From: a virus
IMG/VR virus record: IMGVR_UViG_3300028377_000007
Coordinates: 1-64,000 of that record
DNA: 64,000 bases
Direction: 5' to 3' (one strand)
Made by a program: the position numbers and the translations under genes. The notes beneath the pieces were generated by a model. It was not told where the DNA came from and did not search any database. It saw only the letters and a list, made by a program, of their open reading frames with translations. This document shows, piece after piece, positions 9,076 through 19,231 of this stretch. How positions within the stretch are numbered: the stretch's first letter is position 1; every line of letters begins with the position of its first letter.

Positions 9076-9468
9076 TTATTGTTGTGAAGTCAAGAGTTTT
9101 TTTAAATCTTTGTTGAAGTAATTGCAGTAATCAAACAAAGTATCTGTTTGTTTTTGGGAAAGCTCTTTTTTTGTGAAAAAAAGTTCTAGGTTGTCATCAT
9201 AACCGATCCACGAACCATCTTTTATTCTAGCCCAACCCACCTTGAAAAGATAGTCGTCAAACAATTCTTTAAAAAATCTTCCACTCTTTAAAACAGATTG
9301 ATCTTTATTTAAAATAAAAACCCCTATATATTTAGCAACCCTATTATGCTCTGCCCCGCCGCAACAATAGAAATCCCCTTTCGGCGAAATCCAACCATTC
9401 CTAGTAAAAGAATCAGTTTCCTCGTGCTTCAGGTTTTCGAGGTTAGAAGAGTGAACTAAGTATTTCAT
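9076..9468 (-). CDS. conserved phage hypothetical protein (GWISPxG...H motif)
   Basis: NGWISPKGDFY...EH...GWARI. Confidence 0.75.
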   Translation of the reverse strand: MKYLVHSSNLENLKHEETDSFTRNGWISPKGDFYCCGGAEHNRVAKYIGVFILNKDQSVLKSGRFFKELFDDYLFKVGWARIKDGSWIGYDDNLELFFTKKELSQKQTDTLFDYCNYFNKDLKKLLTSQQ

Positions 9469-9499
9469 TATTACAATAAATACTATTTATAGATCCTAG

Positions 9500-9721
9500 T
9501 CAAGGATTATTTGAGAAATTTCTAGAAATAATTTCTGCGATGGCTTTTTGGCCCTCTTTTGTTCCTATTCTCGATCCAGTAATAGAATACTCGTATATTT
9601 CTTTTGCTGATACAATCGCTCTGGTATCTTCCCCACAAGAAAAACAAATTCTGTTTCTGGTAAGTACTGTTCTTTCGCTCGAAGACCGGTTATTTAAGCA
9701 CTTTGGGCAAGTGGTTCTCAT
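9500..9721 (-). CDS. small zinc-ribbon protein
   Basis: CPKC...CFSC. Confidence 0.6.
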   Translation of the reverse strand: MRTTCPKCLNNRSSSERTVLTRNRICFSCGEDTRAIVSAKEIYEYSITGSRIGTKEGQKAIAEIISRNFSNNP

Positions 9722-9753
9722 ATTACTTTATTTAATTTAAAGTGCCGCGAAAA

Positions 9754-9993
9754 TCAATATACATAAAATGCTATTCCTTCGTCGATGTTTTTTTCTTCAA
9801 CGTTGGCGCTTATGTTATTTGCATAAGGGTACTGGCCCCACTCCACGCCTTCAGATACAATATCCCTTTCTAACATGTCGTCATCGAAAGGATAGGTCTT
9901 GGTATTAACTAATACCCCAAACTTAAACTGTTTGTTATTTTCTCGGTCTAATCCCGAAACTACAAATGAGCGGATTCTATTTTCGTTTTCCAT
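9754..9993 (-). CDS. hypothetical protein
   Basis: Start MENENR; TTGACA 30 nt upstream. Confidence 0.65.
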   Translation of the reverse strand: MENENRIRSFVVSGLDRENNKQFKFGVLVNTKTYPFDDDMLERDIVSEGVEWGQYPYANNISANVEEKNIDEGIAFYVY

Positions 9994-10698
9994 GCTTATC
10001 ATACAATAGAAAACTATAAGCTTTGTCAAACAAAAAGTTAAAATACTTATTTATCTTTATAATCCTCGTGCCACCCCATTTCCTTGCTAAAAAAACTATA
10101 TAGTTTATAGCAACAACAAACCACGAACCCAAACGTTATTCCTATCGTAGCGAATAAGAGGTCTACAATCTTATTTAATGTTTTATTTGGCACAAACAAA
10201 TATTAGGATTAACACAATAATAAAGACTTCGCCGCCGCCCATTATTTATCCCCCTCTTTGGATTTTTGAAACACTTCTGGACCACCATCGCTTGATAGTA
10301 GATTTCCCACTGGAATATCTGTTGAGGTTAAAAGTTTTTCAACTCTTTCCCTAAATTCAATCCACTCTTCGTCTGTGAATGCTCGTTTGTTATCATAGTA
10401 GTGTGAATATCCCATAGTTTTATTTGTTTAGTTCAAACAGTCCAGTCGCTAAAATGATCTCTTCGACCTTCCAATAGTCTTCTAGTTCTTTCCGTAATTC
10501 GATTTTCCGTAAAGGTCTTCGTCTTCTTGAATCCAAGTGCCCTCGAAGTTCTCAGAGAAAGAGAAGATCATTTCTCCGTTTTCGCCTTCTTTTGAGAAGT
10601 AAGTTTCACCATTTGCATTTGTAAGAGTGTTGATTTTGTTTTTCATATTTTTCAGTTATTTATTTGGTTATCGGTGTGAAAACAGTGTCTTTTGGATT

Positions 10699-11400
10699 TC
10701 ATTGTTTTTGAGAGTGAACTATTTTTGAGGTTTTGTCAATATTTATTTGAGTTGCCGCAGCCGCCTTTTTCTTGTTACTCCCATGAACAGGAAAAGCAAT
10801 AATTGTTTTGCGCTTTGCACGTTGGCACAATCCACAAGACATACAATTTACATATTCACTTTTAGTTGCGGGACAAATCGTTACTCGATTGCCTTGTTTC
10901 GTGTACTTTTCATCAAAATCTTCGGGCGCCACCGATACAACTGGACCGATACCAAGCTTTTTGTATTCATCCGCTTGGTCAAGATTGTTGGCGCTAAGAT
11001 TTACAGTCAAACCGTTTTCGTTGGCCATTTTAATGGCATCTCGATTTTTTTTCTTGCTTACGTCATGATGGGTATAAGTAAACATCCTTTTGTCCTTTGC
11101 CGCTTTAACAAGACCTTTTAAAAAAGAAAGATTAATTGTTTCATCTTTATTCTTGAGTAAATCCCCCGCTTGATTGTGTCTCATCAAAATTCCATCTGGC
11201 AAAGCCTTAATTGCTTTGAAGAATTCGCTTTGGGATAATGCGTTGCGCGAACGTTCCCATACTATTCTCAAAGGTCCACTGTTGGCATAACAACCGTTTG
11301 CTTTTAATGGACAAGAGTTTGGGCAACTATCGGGAGTTGTAGTAGTTACAGGGATCGGACCCGTCTTACGGTTGGAAGATTTCGCTGTTAAAATAAACAT
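10699..11400 (-). CDS. cysteine-rich conserved phage protein (radical-SAM-like/Gp88-like Fe-S candidate)
   Basis: SNRKTGPIP, CPNSCPLKANGCYA, RHNQAGD, TYTH, VNLS, CPA...CMSCGLC, FPVHG. Confidence 0.6.
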   Translation of the reverse strand: MFILTAKSSNRKTGPIPVTTTTPDSCPNSCPLKANGCYANSGPLRIVWERSRNALSQSEFFKAIKALPDGILMRHNQAGDLLKNKDETINLSFLKGLVKAAKDKRMFTYTHHDVSKKKNRDAIKMANENGLTVNLSANNLDQADEYKKLGIGPVVSVAPEDFDEKYTKQGNRVTICPATKSEYVNCMSCGLCQRAKRKTIIAFPVHGSNKKKAAAATQINIDKTSKIVHSQKQ

Positions 11401-11457
11401 GATCGCTACAATGACGGCTCATCTTAAAATGTCAACCCCTTTTTTAAAAATATTTTT

Positions 11458-11838
11458 CTAAGACTTATATTTTTTAAATGCTGACTCTGGATACTTCATA
11501 ACCCTATTACCTTCATCAACAAGAAAGGGAAATTTTGTTGATCTAGGTTTGTAGCCTATAATCTTAACTGTTTTTCCGCAAACATTGATCTCTTTATTTA
11601 ATAGGTCTTCTGGAAGTCCATGAGAAAAAGAATAAGCTTTAAAATCCTGAGCTTCTTTTGTTTCTACTATTCCGTCTTCGTTTATTAGCGCGACTTGCAA
11701 TTTAAAACTCGCATTTTTATCGGTAAAACTCACATTCCCTGCGTTAATTTCTACGTTATATTTATCGCCCACGCTCTTCAAGGCTCTATTTATTTCGCTT
11801 CGCAATACTCTAAGGTTATCTCTTGTTATTTGGTTCAT
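11458..11838 (-). CDS. conserved phage hypothetical protein
   Basis: 126-aa ORF. Confidence 0.75.
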   Translation of the reverse strand: MNQITRDNLRVLRSEINRALKSVGDKYNVEINAGNVSFTDKNASFKLQVALINEDGIVETKEAQDFKAYSFSHGLPEDLLNKEINVCGKTVKIIGYKPRSTKFPFLVDEGNRVMKYPESAFKKYKS

Positions 11839-12014
11839 GATTGTTTATTTAGTTTTTATTGTGGAATAAGGTTAGAATTTCGGCTCTTCATCATGAAGTT
11901 TGTTGATATCAGAAATAAAATCCCCTTTTTCGGCGCATATTGATTCCAAGAATCGAACTAGACTGATTAGTAGTTTTTTCATAGCCTAAAGTTAAAAAGA
12001 ATATTTGAAAAAAG

Positions 12015-12179
12015 TCAAGCCTCTTTTTTGTACTTGCTTGGATTGTTCTTTTGTCTGGCCTTTAACTTCTTATTTGAAATAACTTCTCCAGTTACTGAAT
12101 CAACAGTTGTACCGCTTGCGCGACCAGCTTGTTTGAATTTTGGATTCTTAGGCTTTGGGCTCTTTGCTTTTTTTGACAT
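12015..12179 (-). CDS. 54-aa lysine-rich protein (not in the ORF track)
   Basis: MSKKAKSPKPKNPKFKQAGRASG...KYKKEA. Confidence 0.6.
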   Translation of the reverse strand: MSKKAKSPKPKNPKFKQAGRASGTTVDSVTGEVISNKKLKARQKNNPSKYKKEA

Positions 12180-12268
12180 GATGTTTATTTAGTTGTTTAT
12201 TTGGCGAAATTAATATTTAAAATATATGCAAAATCGTTAATATTTAAGAATATATGGTAAACTGGGCA

Positions 12269-12931
12269 TCACAAATCAGTAGTCACATCTAAGATTTTTT
12301 TAGAATTTTTCTGCCAGAATCCTTTTATTTTAATTTGGTTTCGGCGATTCCCACCGATGTACTCAATGATTTTACCCTTATGGTCATGAAGAGTAACAAC
12401 CCACTTAGATAAACTACTATGTCGATCAAAGTTTTGTAACTTGACGGTGTTTCCCCCTCCATCTAGATTACCAATATTAAAATTAATTGTTTTTTCTTGC
12501 TGGATTGCTATATTCCCAGAAAACAATTCTTTATAAGAATATATTTCTTCATTATTGGTTGTAAATTTCCAGCCGTATACTTTATAAGAATAATCCCTAT
12601 TGCCGCGATTTTCTAGTCTAATTTTTAATTCGTCATACCTTGCATTAGGAACAGCCTCGAAAATAGTAAAGGGGGCAGGAAGAATTTTTTTTAAATAAAG
12701 TATATCTTCGTCGCTCAAATCTTTAAAATCAACCCAAAAGAATCTCCCATCAGATCGGAGTATTTGAATCGATTTCCCCTCTAGCGTTTTTGCTTCTGCC
12801 TTAATGGTTTGTCCGCTTTTTGAGGTCCAAACCCTTGTTTCGCCCTCAACTTTTGTATGAGGAAATGAACCAAGACCTAAAGTAGAACAAAAAGCCCAAG
12901 TAGCAGATAAAAAGAATAGTATTGTTTTCAT
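12269..12931 (-). CDS. exported SHD1 (SLA1 homology domain 1) protein
   Basis: Signal peptide, then RVWTSKSGQTIKAE...LRSDG....VDFKDLSDEDILYL. Confidence 0.75.
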   Translation of the reverse strand: MKTILFFLSATWAFCSTLGLGSFPHTKVEGETRVWTSKSGQTIKAEAKTLEGKSIQILRSDGRFFWVDFKDLSDEDILYLKKILPAPFTIFEAVPNARYDELKIRLENRGNRDYSYKVYGWKFTTNNEEIYSYKELFSGNIAIQQEKTINFNIGNLDGGGNTVKLQNFDRHSSLSKWVVTLHDHKGKIIEYIGGNRRNQIKIKGFWQKNSKKILDVTTDL

Positions 12932-12963
12932 TGTTAACAATTAATAGTGTTTTTTTGTTTTTG

Positions 12964-13731
12964 TCAAGGGTTATTTGCGAATTCGTTGATTTGTTTCCAA
13001 TGTTTGCGGGTAATTTCTACTCCAGAATCAAGTTTTACAGCTTCGATGTTACTGTTTCCAAAAGTACTAGAGACATTAAAGGCGTCTTCTAGCATTTTGA
13101 AACTAATTTCGGCGCAGCCATATTTAACTAAATGATCTTTAATTTTTCCCTCATAACCATTAATTTTCGGCATAGAAACATCAGGCTTATTAAATAGGGT
13201 TAAAAATTCATCAGAGCTAATTATTTTGCGCGAGCTGTATGGATATTGCCTTTCTATATAATCAATATAATTAGTTGTTATTTGCTCATTCTGCAATATA
13301 ATATGATCTAGCCTAATATTTTCGTAAAAAAGAATTAAAGTATTTACATTACCATTTCTACACTTTTCATTTTCAATACCATTTTCGATTAAAAAAGCTT
13401 GAAAAGCTTTTTGTTCAAACTCAGTGGAGAACTTAACAATATGGTTTTCAAAAATATTAAAGATTTTTTGTTTCATGTTTTTGTTTCTTTTGCTGTTTGG
13501 TAGATATTTTTCCTCAAATTTTTTGTAGGATAATACCGGAAATAGCTTTTTGTGATTGTTGCGGATATAATCCCAGCTACAATAATTATAATCCATATAA
13601 ACCCTAACAGGGTAATTGCTGCAATCTTTAGGAAAAGACACATAATTATATATTTTTATTGCAAAATCATAAATAGCTTTTTGCTGGATCTCGTTGTGAA
13701 TGATTACTTGAAATGCTTCTTGTATTTTCAT
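12964..13731 (-). CDS. hypothetical protein, paralog of 16528..17355
   Basis: Shared FQVII.NE.Q, KFS.EFEQK.F, MPKING..GKI...KYGCAEI. Confidence 0.8.
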   Translation of the reverse strand: MKIQEAFQVIIHNEIQQKAIYDFAIKIYNYVSFPKDCSNYPVRVYMDYNYCSWDYIRNNHKKLFPVLSYKKFEEKYLPNSKRNKNMKQKIFNIFENHIVKFSTEFEQKAFQAFLIENGIENEKCRNGNVNTLILFYENIRLDHIILQNEQITTNYIDYIERQYPYSSRKIISSDEFLTLFNKPDVSMPKINGYEGKIKDHLVKYGCAEISFKMLEDAFNVSSTFGNSNIEAVKLDSGVEITRKHWKQINEFANNP

Positions 13732-13778
13732 GGTTCGTATATTTAAGAAAAAGTTCGCACAAGTCAAGCTTTATTTTA

Positions 13779-14246
13779 TCAAATACTAGAATAGTCTTCC
13801 TCAATTTTAAGAAGATCCATAATTGCGTCCACAATGCGCCTCAATGACCTCTCTAGTTTTATATTTCGTTCTTCTAGTTTTCGAGCAAAAATCGCTTCTA
13901 CAACTTTATCAGTGTAAGAATCAATAATAACTTCAATAATATCTTCTCGGCAAAGTTCTCCAGAATAATTTATTAGTAGTTTCTTTGTTTCTTTGCTTTT
14001 TTCTTCTGCGATTCTATACGCTTTAATCTTGCTTCTAAATTGCGATGGGGCGGCGCAAACAGCCTTCGCGATGGGAATGCCATCTTTTTTTCTATTGCAA
14101 ATTTCGTATTCTGCAATCCCCCAATAAGAATATTGTTTAGCTTTTCCTTTCGCCTTTGCGGAAGAAACTTTAATAACTGGAATGGGTCCAGAGATTTTCA
14201 ATAAATCAGATAGTATTTTTTGCGGATTTGTAAGCTCTTTTTTCAT
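13779..14246 (-). CDS. hypothetical protein
   Basis: Start MKKELTNP; own TTGACT promoter. Confidence 0.7.
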   Translation of the reverse strand: MKKELTNPQKILSDLLKISGPIPVIKVSSAKAKGKAKQYSYWGIAEYEICNRKKDGIPIAKAVCAAPSQFRSKIKAYRIAEEKSKETKKLLINYSGELCREDIIEVIIDSYTDKVVEAIFARKLEERNIKLERSLRRIVDAIMDLLKIEEDYSSI

Positions 14247-14704
14247 GATTGTTGCATATTTAAGTAAAAAGTGGCGAAAGTCAAGCTTTATTCTTGTCCT
14301 TCCAAAAAAATTATAACACAAAAGTAAAATAAAATAGCAAAAGGAATTCCTAGAATTATATAAAATAAAACAAATGGCGTCCTGAGTATATTATGATAAA
14401 CAGAAGTTTTTTTGGAAATATGTTTTGAATTACTCTGTTCAAAAGAGTTTCCCGATATTTATATTTTCTCATTTGTATGTATATTTTGCGCGAAAGGTTA
14501 CTAAAGTCAAGTTTTATTTAAGAAAAATAATTTTCTAATTCTCTATCAGACAAAAGAACCGCTTTACTTTTTAACCCCAACCAGTTAAGATTGCAAGGAA
14601 TTTAATCCCTTCGCGATAATGATTCTAAAATCTTTAAATGTTTTTTCTGGTATTGTTATTTTTTTCATGATTCGTATATTTAAGGAAAAGTTCGCACAAG
14701 TCAA

Positions 14705-15588
14705 TAAAAAAACAAACTTCTCAGAAAAAAAGTCTTTTTTCTATAAAAAAGTAAATAAAGTTTATTTTCGGAGCATAAAAAGAGGTATTTCGCCGCGATA
14801 TTTTGCTTTTTTGTGTCTCAATAAGCTTTTTTTCTGTATTTTTTTAAAAAAAAGAAGTAAAATTACTATTTTCCCGTATTTTTTATACTTACCCCCCTCT
14901 GAACCTATACCCCCGATTCTGTAAGTCGTTGTTATTCAGTTATATAAGTTTTTTTGCTTTTTTGCCTATTTTTCTTGATTTTGCCCTTTTTTTGCTGTTT
15001 TTGTCTATTTTTTTGGGGTTATTTTGCTTTTTTTATTGAGACTGGCTTTTTTCTCAGCTTTTTTTGGAAACTTTTCTAAAGTTTGTATTTTTTATTGCTT
15101 TTTGTGGGTAAAAGTGGGGCTAAATGGGTGATTATGGAGTATTTTTGTTATTTATATTGTGTGTTTCGAGCTAATCCAAAAACCCCCCCCCCAAAAAAAA
15201 ACAAAAACAGCCTTCTTCTTCTTCCTTTACTATATACTCTATATGTATTTTGGGTATTGATGCTAATAATTAAAGGCCCAGCTAAACCCTGCTAGCTATC
15301 AATAACCCTTTGTTAATCAACGCTTTAAGAAACATTTTTATCTATTATTTGAATGCTTAAAGCCTTAAAATTTTAAAACAAAAAAGCTATTATTATCCTC
15401 TATTTTTACCTATGTATTTGGCCTATATTACTGGTTATTTTTATGGTTTTGTAAGTCTTTGACAGGAAAAGCGTTATACTTCATAACAAAAAGCTAATAT
15501 CATAATACACTAGGTCTAATAGTTTAATGTAGTTGAATTATAGTTTAATAACTAACTATGATATTAAATTACCCCTTTGTTTAACTAT
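14705..15588. other. ~880-bp non-coding, low-complexity region with IHF-like palindromes (possible origin or packaging region)
   Basis: T-tracts, a C-run/A-run junction at ~15183-15201, GTAAGTCGTTG at 14921, AATCAACGCTTTA at ~15315, GTAAGTCTTTG at 15451. Confidence 0.45.
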
Positions 15589-15590
15589 GT

Positions 15591-15785
15591 TTAATGTATG
15601 CCCAGAAGACGTGAAATGAAAAATGGCTGGGAATCGTTAGAAAATAGCTCACATGCAAAAAATCCCGGTTCGCGTAATGACGGCGGAACATAATGTGAGC
15701 CCTGTTTCTGACAATTTGGGCAAATAGGTTTACGCTTCACGCGGGCGTTCCAATTAGCTAGACGTTTGATCATTTTTTCTTTCAT
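15591..15785 (-). CDS. small zinc-binding phage protein
   Basis: CPNC..GSHYVPPS...GFFAC; GC-richer than its flanks. Confidence 0.65.
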   Translation of the reverse strand: MKEKMIKRLANWNARVKRKPICPNCQKQGSHYVPPSLREPGFFACELFSNDSQPFFISRLLGIH

Positions 15786-15786
15786 A

Positions 15787-16512
15787 TTATTTTAATCTTT
15801 CCACACAAATATCGTAATATTTTTTTTCTTTTTCAATGCCGATGAATTGTCGGTTGAGGTTTTTAGCGGCTAGGCAGGTCGTGCCGCTTCCCATACAATT
15901 ATCAAGAATGAGGTCGTTTTCATTCGTATAGGTTTTGATTAGGTATTCGCAGAGGTCAACTGGTTTTTGGGTAGAGTGTAATTTCCCGTTTCTATTCGGG
16001 ACGACTTTGGAATCTAAAACCGAACTAGGCTGGACAAAATTAGGATCATACCTTTTCTTTACTTTATTAAGCTTAACATGATTAGACTCTCCACAATAAT
16101 GATCGTAGTTATAACAGGCTTTTCCAATCCCGACTCTCGGTTTCATAACTGGATTGTATGTTGGTTGATTTTTATAAAAAACTAAAATATCTTCATGGTA
16201 TCTCATCGGTCTATATTTCGCCGCTGTCATTCCGGTTGGAACGTTTTTGCTCCAAACTAGAGAATATCTAAATTTATCCCTATTGGAAACTATCAAGTCT
16301 GTTGTAAAGGGCTGGCTTGCGAATAATACAATGGCGGAAGATTCGTCGCAAATTCTTTCGTATTGTTCCCACAGTTTATCGAAAGGGATTATTGTATCCC
16401 ATTTACATGCCGTCGTTCCGTAAGGCAAATCGCACAAAATCATATCCACTGATTTATCAGGGACGTCTTTCATTAACTCTAAACAGTCACCATGCCAAAT
16501 TTCTTGTTTCAT
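15787..16512 (-). CDS. DNA N6-adenine/N4-cytosine methyltransferase (beta class)
   Basis: GDCLELM, CDLPYG (motif IV), HSTQKP, LDNCMGSGTT (motif I). Confidence 0.95.
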   Translation of the reverse strand: MKQEIWHGDCLELMKDVPDKSVDMILCDLPYGTTACKWDTIIPFDKLWEQYERICDESSAIVLFASQPFTTDLIVSNRDKFRYSLVWSKNVPTGMTAAKYRPMRYHEDILVFYKNQPTYNPVMKPRVGIGKACYNYDHYCGESNHVKLNKVKKRYDPNFVQPSSVLDSKVVPNRNGKLHSTQKPVDLCEYLIKTYTNENDLILDNCMGSGTTCLAAKNLNRQFIGIEKEKKYYDICVERLK

Positions 16513-16527
16513 ATTATGGATGTAATT

Positions 16528-17355
16528 TTAATTCTCTAAAGCCTTCGTATCCATGTTTTCTATGTACTCCTTAATTTCGGCCCAATTATCATAAGTAATT
16601 TTTACCCCCGAAGCAAGTTCAACAGATACAATACTTCTATTTCCCCGATAAGTATCCCCAAAGGAATTTACTAACATACGAGGATCGATTTCTGCGCACC
16701 CATATTTAATCATTCCTTTATCTGTTATTTTGCCATCATGACCGTTGATTTTTGGCATAAAAACATCTGGTTTTTCAAGTAATTTTAAAAACTCATCTGG
16801 AGAAATTATCTTTTTACCGCACATATCAACAAAATTTTTATAAGTTGTTAATACTTGATCTTCATGCAATACAATATAATTCAATCTAGGTGGAATATTC
16901 CCGTTATCCTCCGCTAAACTAATAATTAAAGTTGGAACGGTATTTTCTTGGTGTCTTTGCTCATTTTTTACTCCATTTTCTTCTAAAAATAAATGAAATT
17001 GCTTTTGTTCAAACTCACTTGAGAACTTTATTGCTTGAGATTTTAAAACCCTTTTTATTTTGCTTTCATCGATTTTCATGATATATTTTTGATTAAATTG
17101 TTCGAAAGTTAATTCTGGAATATGTTTTTGAACGTTATCTGAGATCAAATCCCAACCACAACAATATTTTTGGCTGTCCGTTTTTTTTCTTCCAAAATCG
17201 TAAAAATATACTCTTATTGGGTATTTTGTATAGATTCGCTTGAAACAAATTTTGCTATCTGGCCCAAAGATTTCTTTAGCAAAATCATAAACTACTTTGT
17301 TTTGCTCTTCATTCTCAATGATTACTTGGAATTCTTCTTTGTTTTTTTCTTTCAT
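16528..17355 (-). CDS. hypothetical protein, paralog of 12964..13731
   Basis: Same shared motifs as 12964..13731; TTGACT 30 nt upstream of MKEKNK. Confidence 0.8.
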   Translation of the reverse strand: MKEKNKEEFQVIIENEEQNKVVYDFAKEIFGPDSKICFKRIYTKYPIRVYFYDFGRKKTDSQKYCCGWDLISDNVQKHIPELTFEQFNQKYIMKIDESKIKRVLKSQAIKFSSEFEQKQFHLFLEENGVKNEQRHQENTVPTLIISLAEDNGNIPPRLNYIVLHEDQVLTTYKNFVDMCGKKIISPDEFLKLLEKPDVFMPKINGHDGKITDKGMIKYGCAEIDPRMLVNSFGDTYRGNRSIVSVELASGVKITYDNWAEIKEYIENMDTKALEN

Positions 17356-17547
17356 GGTTTGTATGTTTTCAGAATTTTTGGTAAAAGTCAAGATTTATTT
17401 TACACTACTGTCGGATCTGACATTAAGAAAAAATGCTCTCTAAGACAGTTACATAAGGCAAAGCTAAAGCGTAGCCTAATACCACTCCAAAAAGAAAGCC
17501 GAAAATAATAATTATGAGGTATTTTAGTTTTGTTTTGTTATCTATGT

Positions 17548-17823
17548 TCATAATTTTTTTTCAAAATACTGTTCTAATGCCTTAATAATCAAATCAGCGT
17601 TATTTTCCCACTCCTCTTTTGTCGCAAATTTTGGGGCTTTTGCCATACAATAAGCCATATCCTTATGCTTTTCAATAAAAATACTGCCATTATTCGTACC
17701 ATCTTCATTTTTTCTAAATGAGATTTTCAATTTGTCGTGTGGTTCTATTAGCATATTTGGATTCATTTTGGTATTCTCCCTACTTGAATTAAAATCCCGA
17801 TAATAGCGCAACCAATAATCCAA
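17548..17823 (-). CDS. hypothetical protein (probable start MNPNM)
   Basis: ORF track. Confidence 0.6.
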   Translation of the reverse strand: MDYWLRYYRDFNSSRENTKMNPNMLIEPHDKLKISFRKNEDGTNNGSIFIEKHKDMAYCMAKAPKFATKEEWENNADLIIKALEQYFEKKL

Positions 17824-17878
17824 AGAAATAAATCTTCATTGATCGGTAATTGAAATTCTGCTATGGGAATAAATAGTT

Positions 17879-18625
17879 TCATTGTTTATGATAAGCGTAC
17901 ATAATAACAGTGTCAATATTTGTTCCAGAATCTTTAAATGATTTCTCTCTTAGGTTTCTGAAACCAATATGTTCAAAGGTTTCTTCCCACTTTTGAATTT
18001 TTGATTTATATTTTTCTTCAAAGTTTGAAGGTAAAATGATAACACAAGAACCGCCCTTATAAATAATATCAAGCATTTTTTCTACATGAAGCAATGCTTT
18101 TTTGAATGGTGGATTTGCATAAATAACATCATACTTTTCATCTGTTTTAAAAGTATCAAAATCTTCCCCAACTAAATTTACGCCCTTTTCTTGTAGGATT
18201 TTTCTGTTTGTTGGTTCAATTTCAACAGCATCCCATGTTATATTCGCCATACTACCCGCGCCATTATTCATATAATCAATAATAGCCCCTCTCCCAGCAG
18301 AGGGTTCTAGGCACCTGACTTCTCCGCAAGGAATATGAGTATTTAACATTTCAATAACAACGTCTTCGGGAGTAGGAAAGTAATGCCATTCCTGTTTATA
18401 GTTTGGTTTTTCGCCGCCTCTTAGTTTATTTAAAAGATCCGTGGGATCAAATGAAAATTCAAAATGCTGTTTCTTTCCACCGATCCATTCCCCCAAATTT
18501 TGAGTTAAAAGTTTTTTAAAATCGGCATAAAGCTTTGGCTCCATTTCAATAACTTCGCGACTTGGCGGGTTTATTGCGTTGCCAGATATAGAACAATTAT
18601 TGAAGACTTCTATTCGGTTGCTCAT
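17879..18625 (-). CDS. N6-adenine methyltransferase (gamma-class motif order)
   Basis: YFPTP, LEPSAGRG (motif I), ANPPF (motif IV). Confidence 0.88.
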   Translation of the reverse strand: MSNRIEVFNNCSISGNAINPPSREVIEMEPKLYADFKKLLTQNLGEWIGGKKQHFEFSFDPTDLLNKLRGGEKPNYKQEWHYFPTPEDVVIEMLNTHIPCGEVRCLEPSAGRGAIIDYMNNGAGSMANITWDAVEIEPTNRKILQEKGVNLVGEDFDTFKTDEKYDVIYANPPFKKALLHVEKMLDIIYKGGSCVIILPSNFEEKYKSKIQKWEETFEHIGFRNLREKSFKDSGTNIDTVIMYAYHKQ

Positions 18626-18870
18626 GTTGTTTATTTTTTAATATGTAGGGAAGTATGAAGAAAAATTTTCAAAAGTCAACCCTTTATTGAAAAAACCAAA
18701 AACAAAATTCGATCCCTCTTCTCTCTGTTCTGTGATGATCAATCAAACAGCTTCTCCAGCTAGTTATTTTTACAACATTATCTTTTTCATCTAGCCATTT
18801 TTTCCATATACAAGAAAAGCATTTAATTAATAAACGATTTTTTTGTTATATTATCTTTCATTTTTAGAAT

Positions 18871-18949
18871 TGGTGGGCCTTATGGGATTTAAACCCATGA
18901 TCTTCCATTTATGAGATGGTTGCTTTGAATCAGACTAAGCTAAAGGCCC
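18871..18949 (-). tRNA. tRNA with CAU anticodon (Ile2-like or Met), atypical D- and T-loops
   Basis: GGGCCTT/AAGGCCC acceptor stem, loop CT-CAT-AA, encoded CCA; T-loop reads TTTAAAT. Confidence 0.85.
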
Positions 18950-19231
18950 GTAAAATTAAAAGTTATTCTTCATTTTTAAGTGGACGCTTGCTTTGAAACC
19001 ATTTTGCCGCTAACATAAGCAAAGCAATAACAAAAGCTATAAGAAGTTTTGTTCATTGTTCTACTCTAGGTTGATATTCTTGTATCTTTTCCCAAGAAAC
19101 TACTTCAATAAAGTTTCTATATAAGCTCATTTCGTTTGACAATGGATTTCTCCATTGAAATACAGTCCAAGCAAAAAAAACATAAAACAAAAATACCATC
19201 AATAAAATTTTTAATAAACTAATAGAAGCTT

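Noticed and set aside
10184-10243. TatA-like peptide MGGGEVFIIVLILIFVCAK
   Set aside because: Only 19 aa, with no FG hinge or amphipathic helix; too little to support a call.
14619-15295. Plus-strand ORFs 14619..14924 and 15083..15295, and most other plus-strand ORFs in the track
   Set aside because: They are low-complexity F/L/K-rich translations or antisense shadows of well-supported minus-strand genes.
9994-17391. TTG-initiated N-terminal extensions in the ORF track (for example starts at 10029, 13767 and 17391)
   Set aside because: These TTGs are the -35 TTGAC boxes, in frame only because they lie 36 nt before the real ATG.
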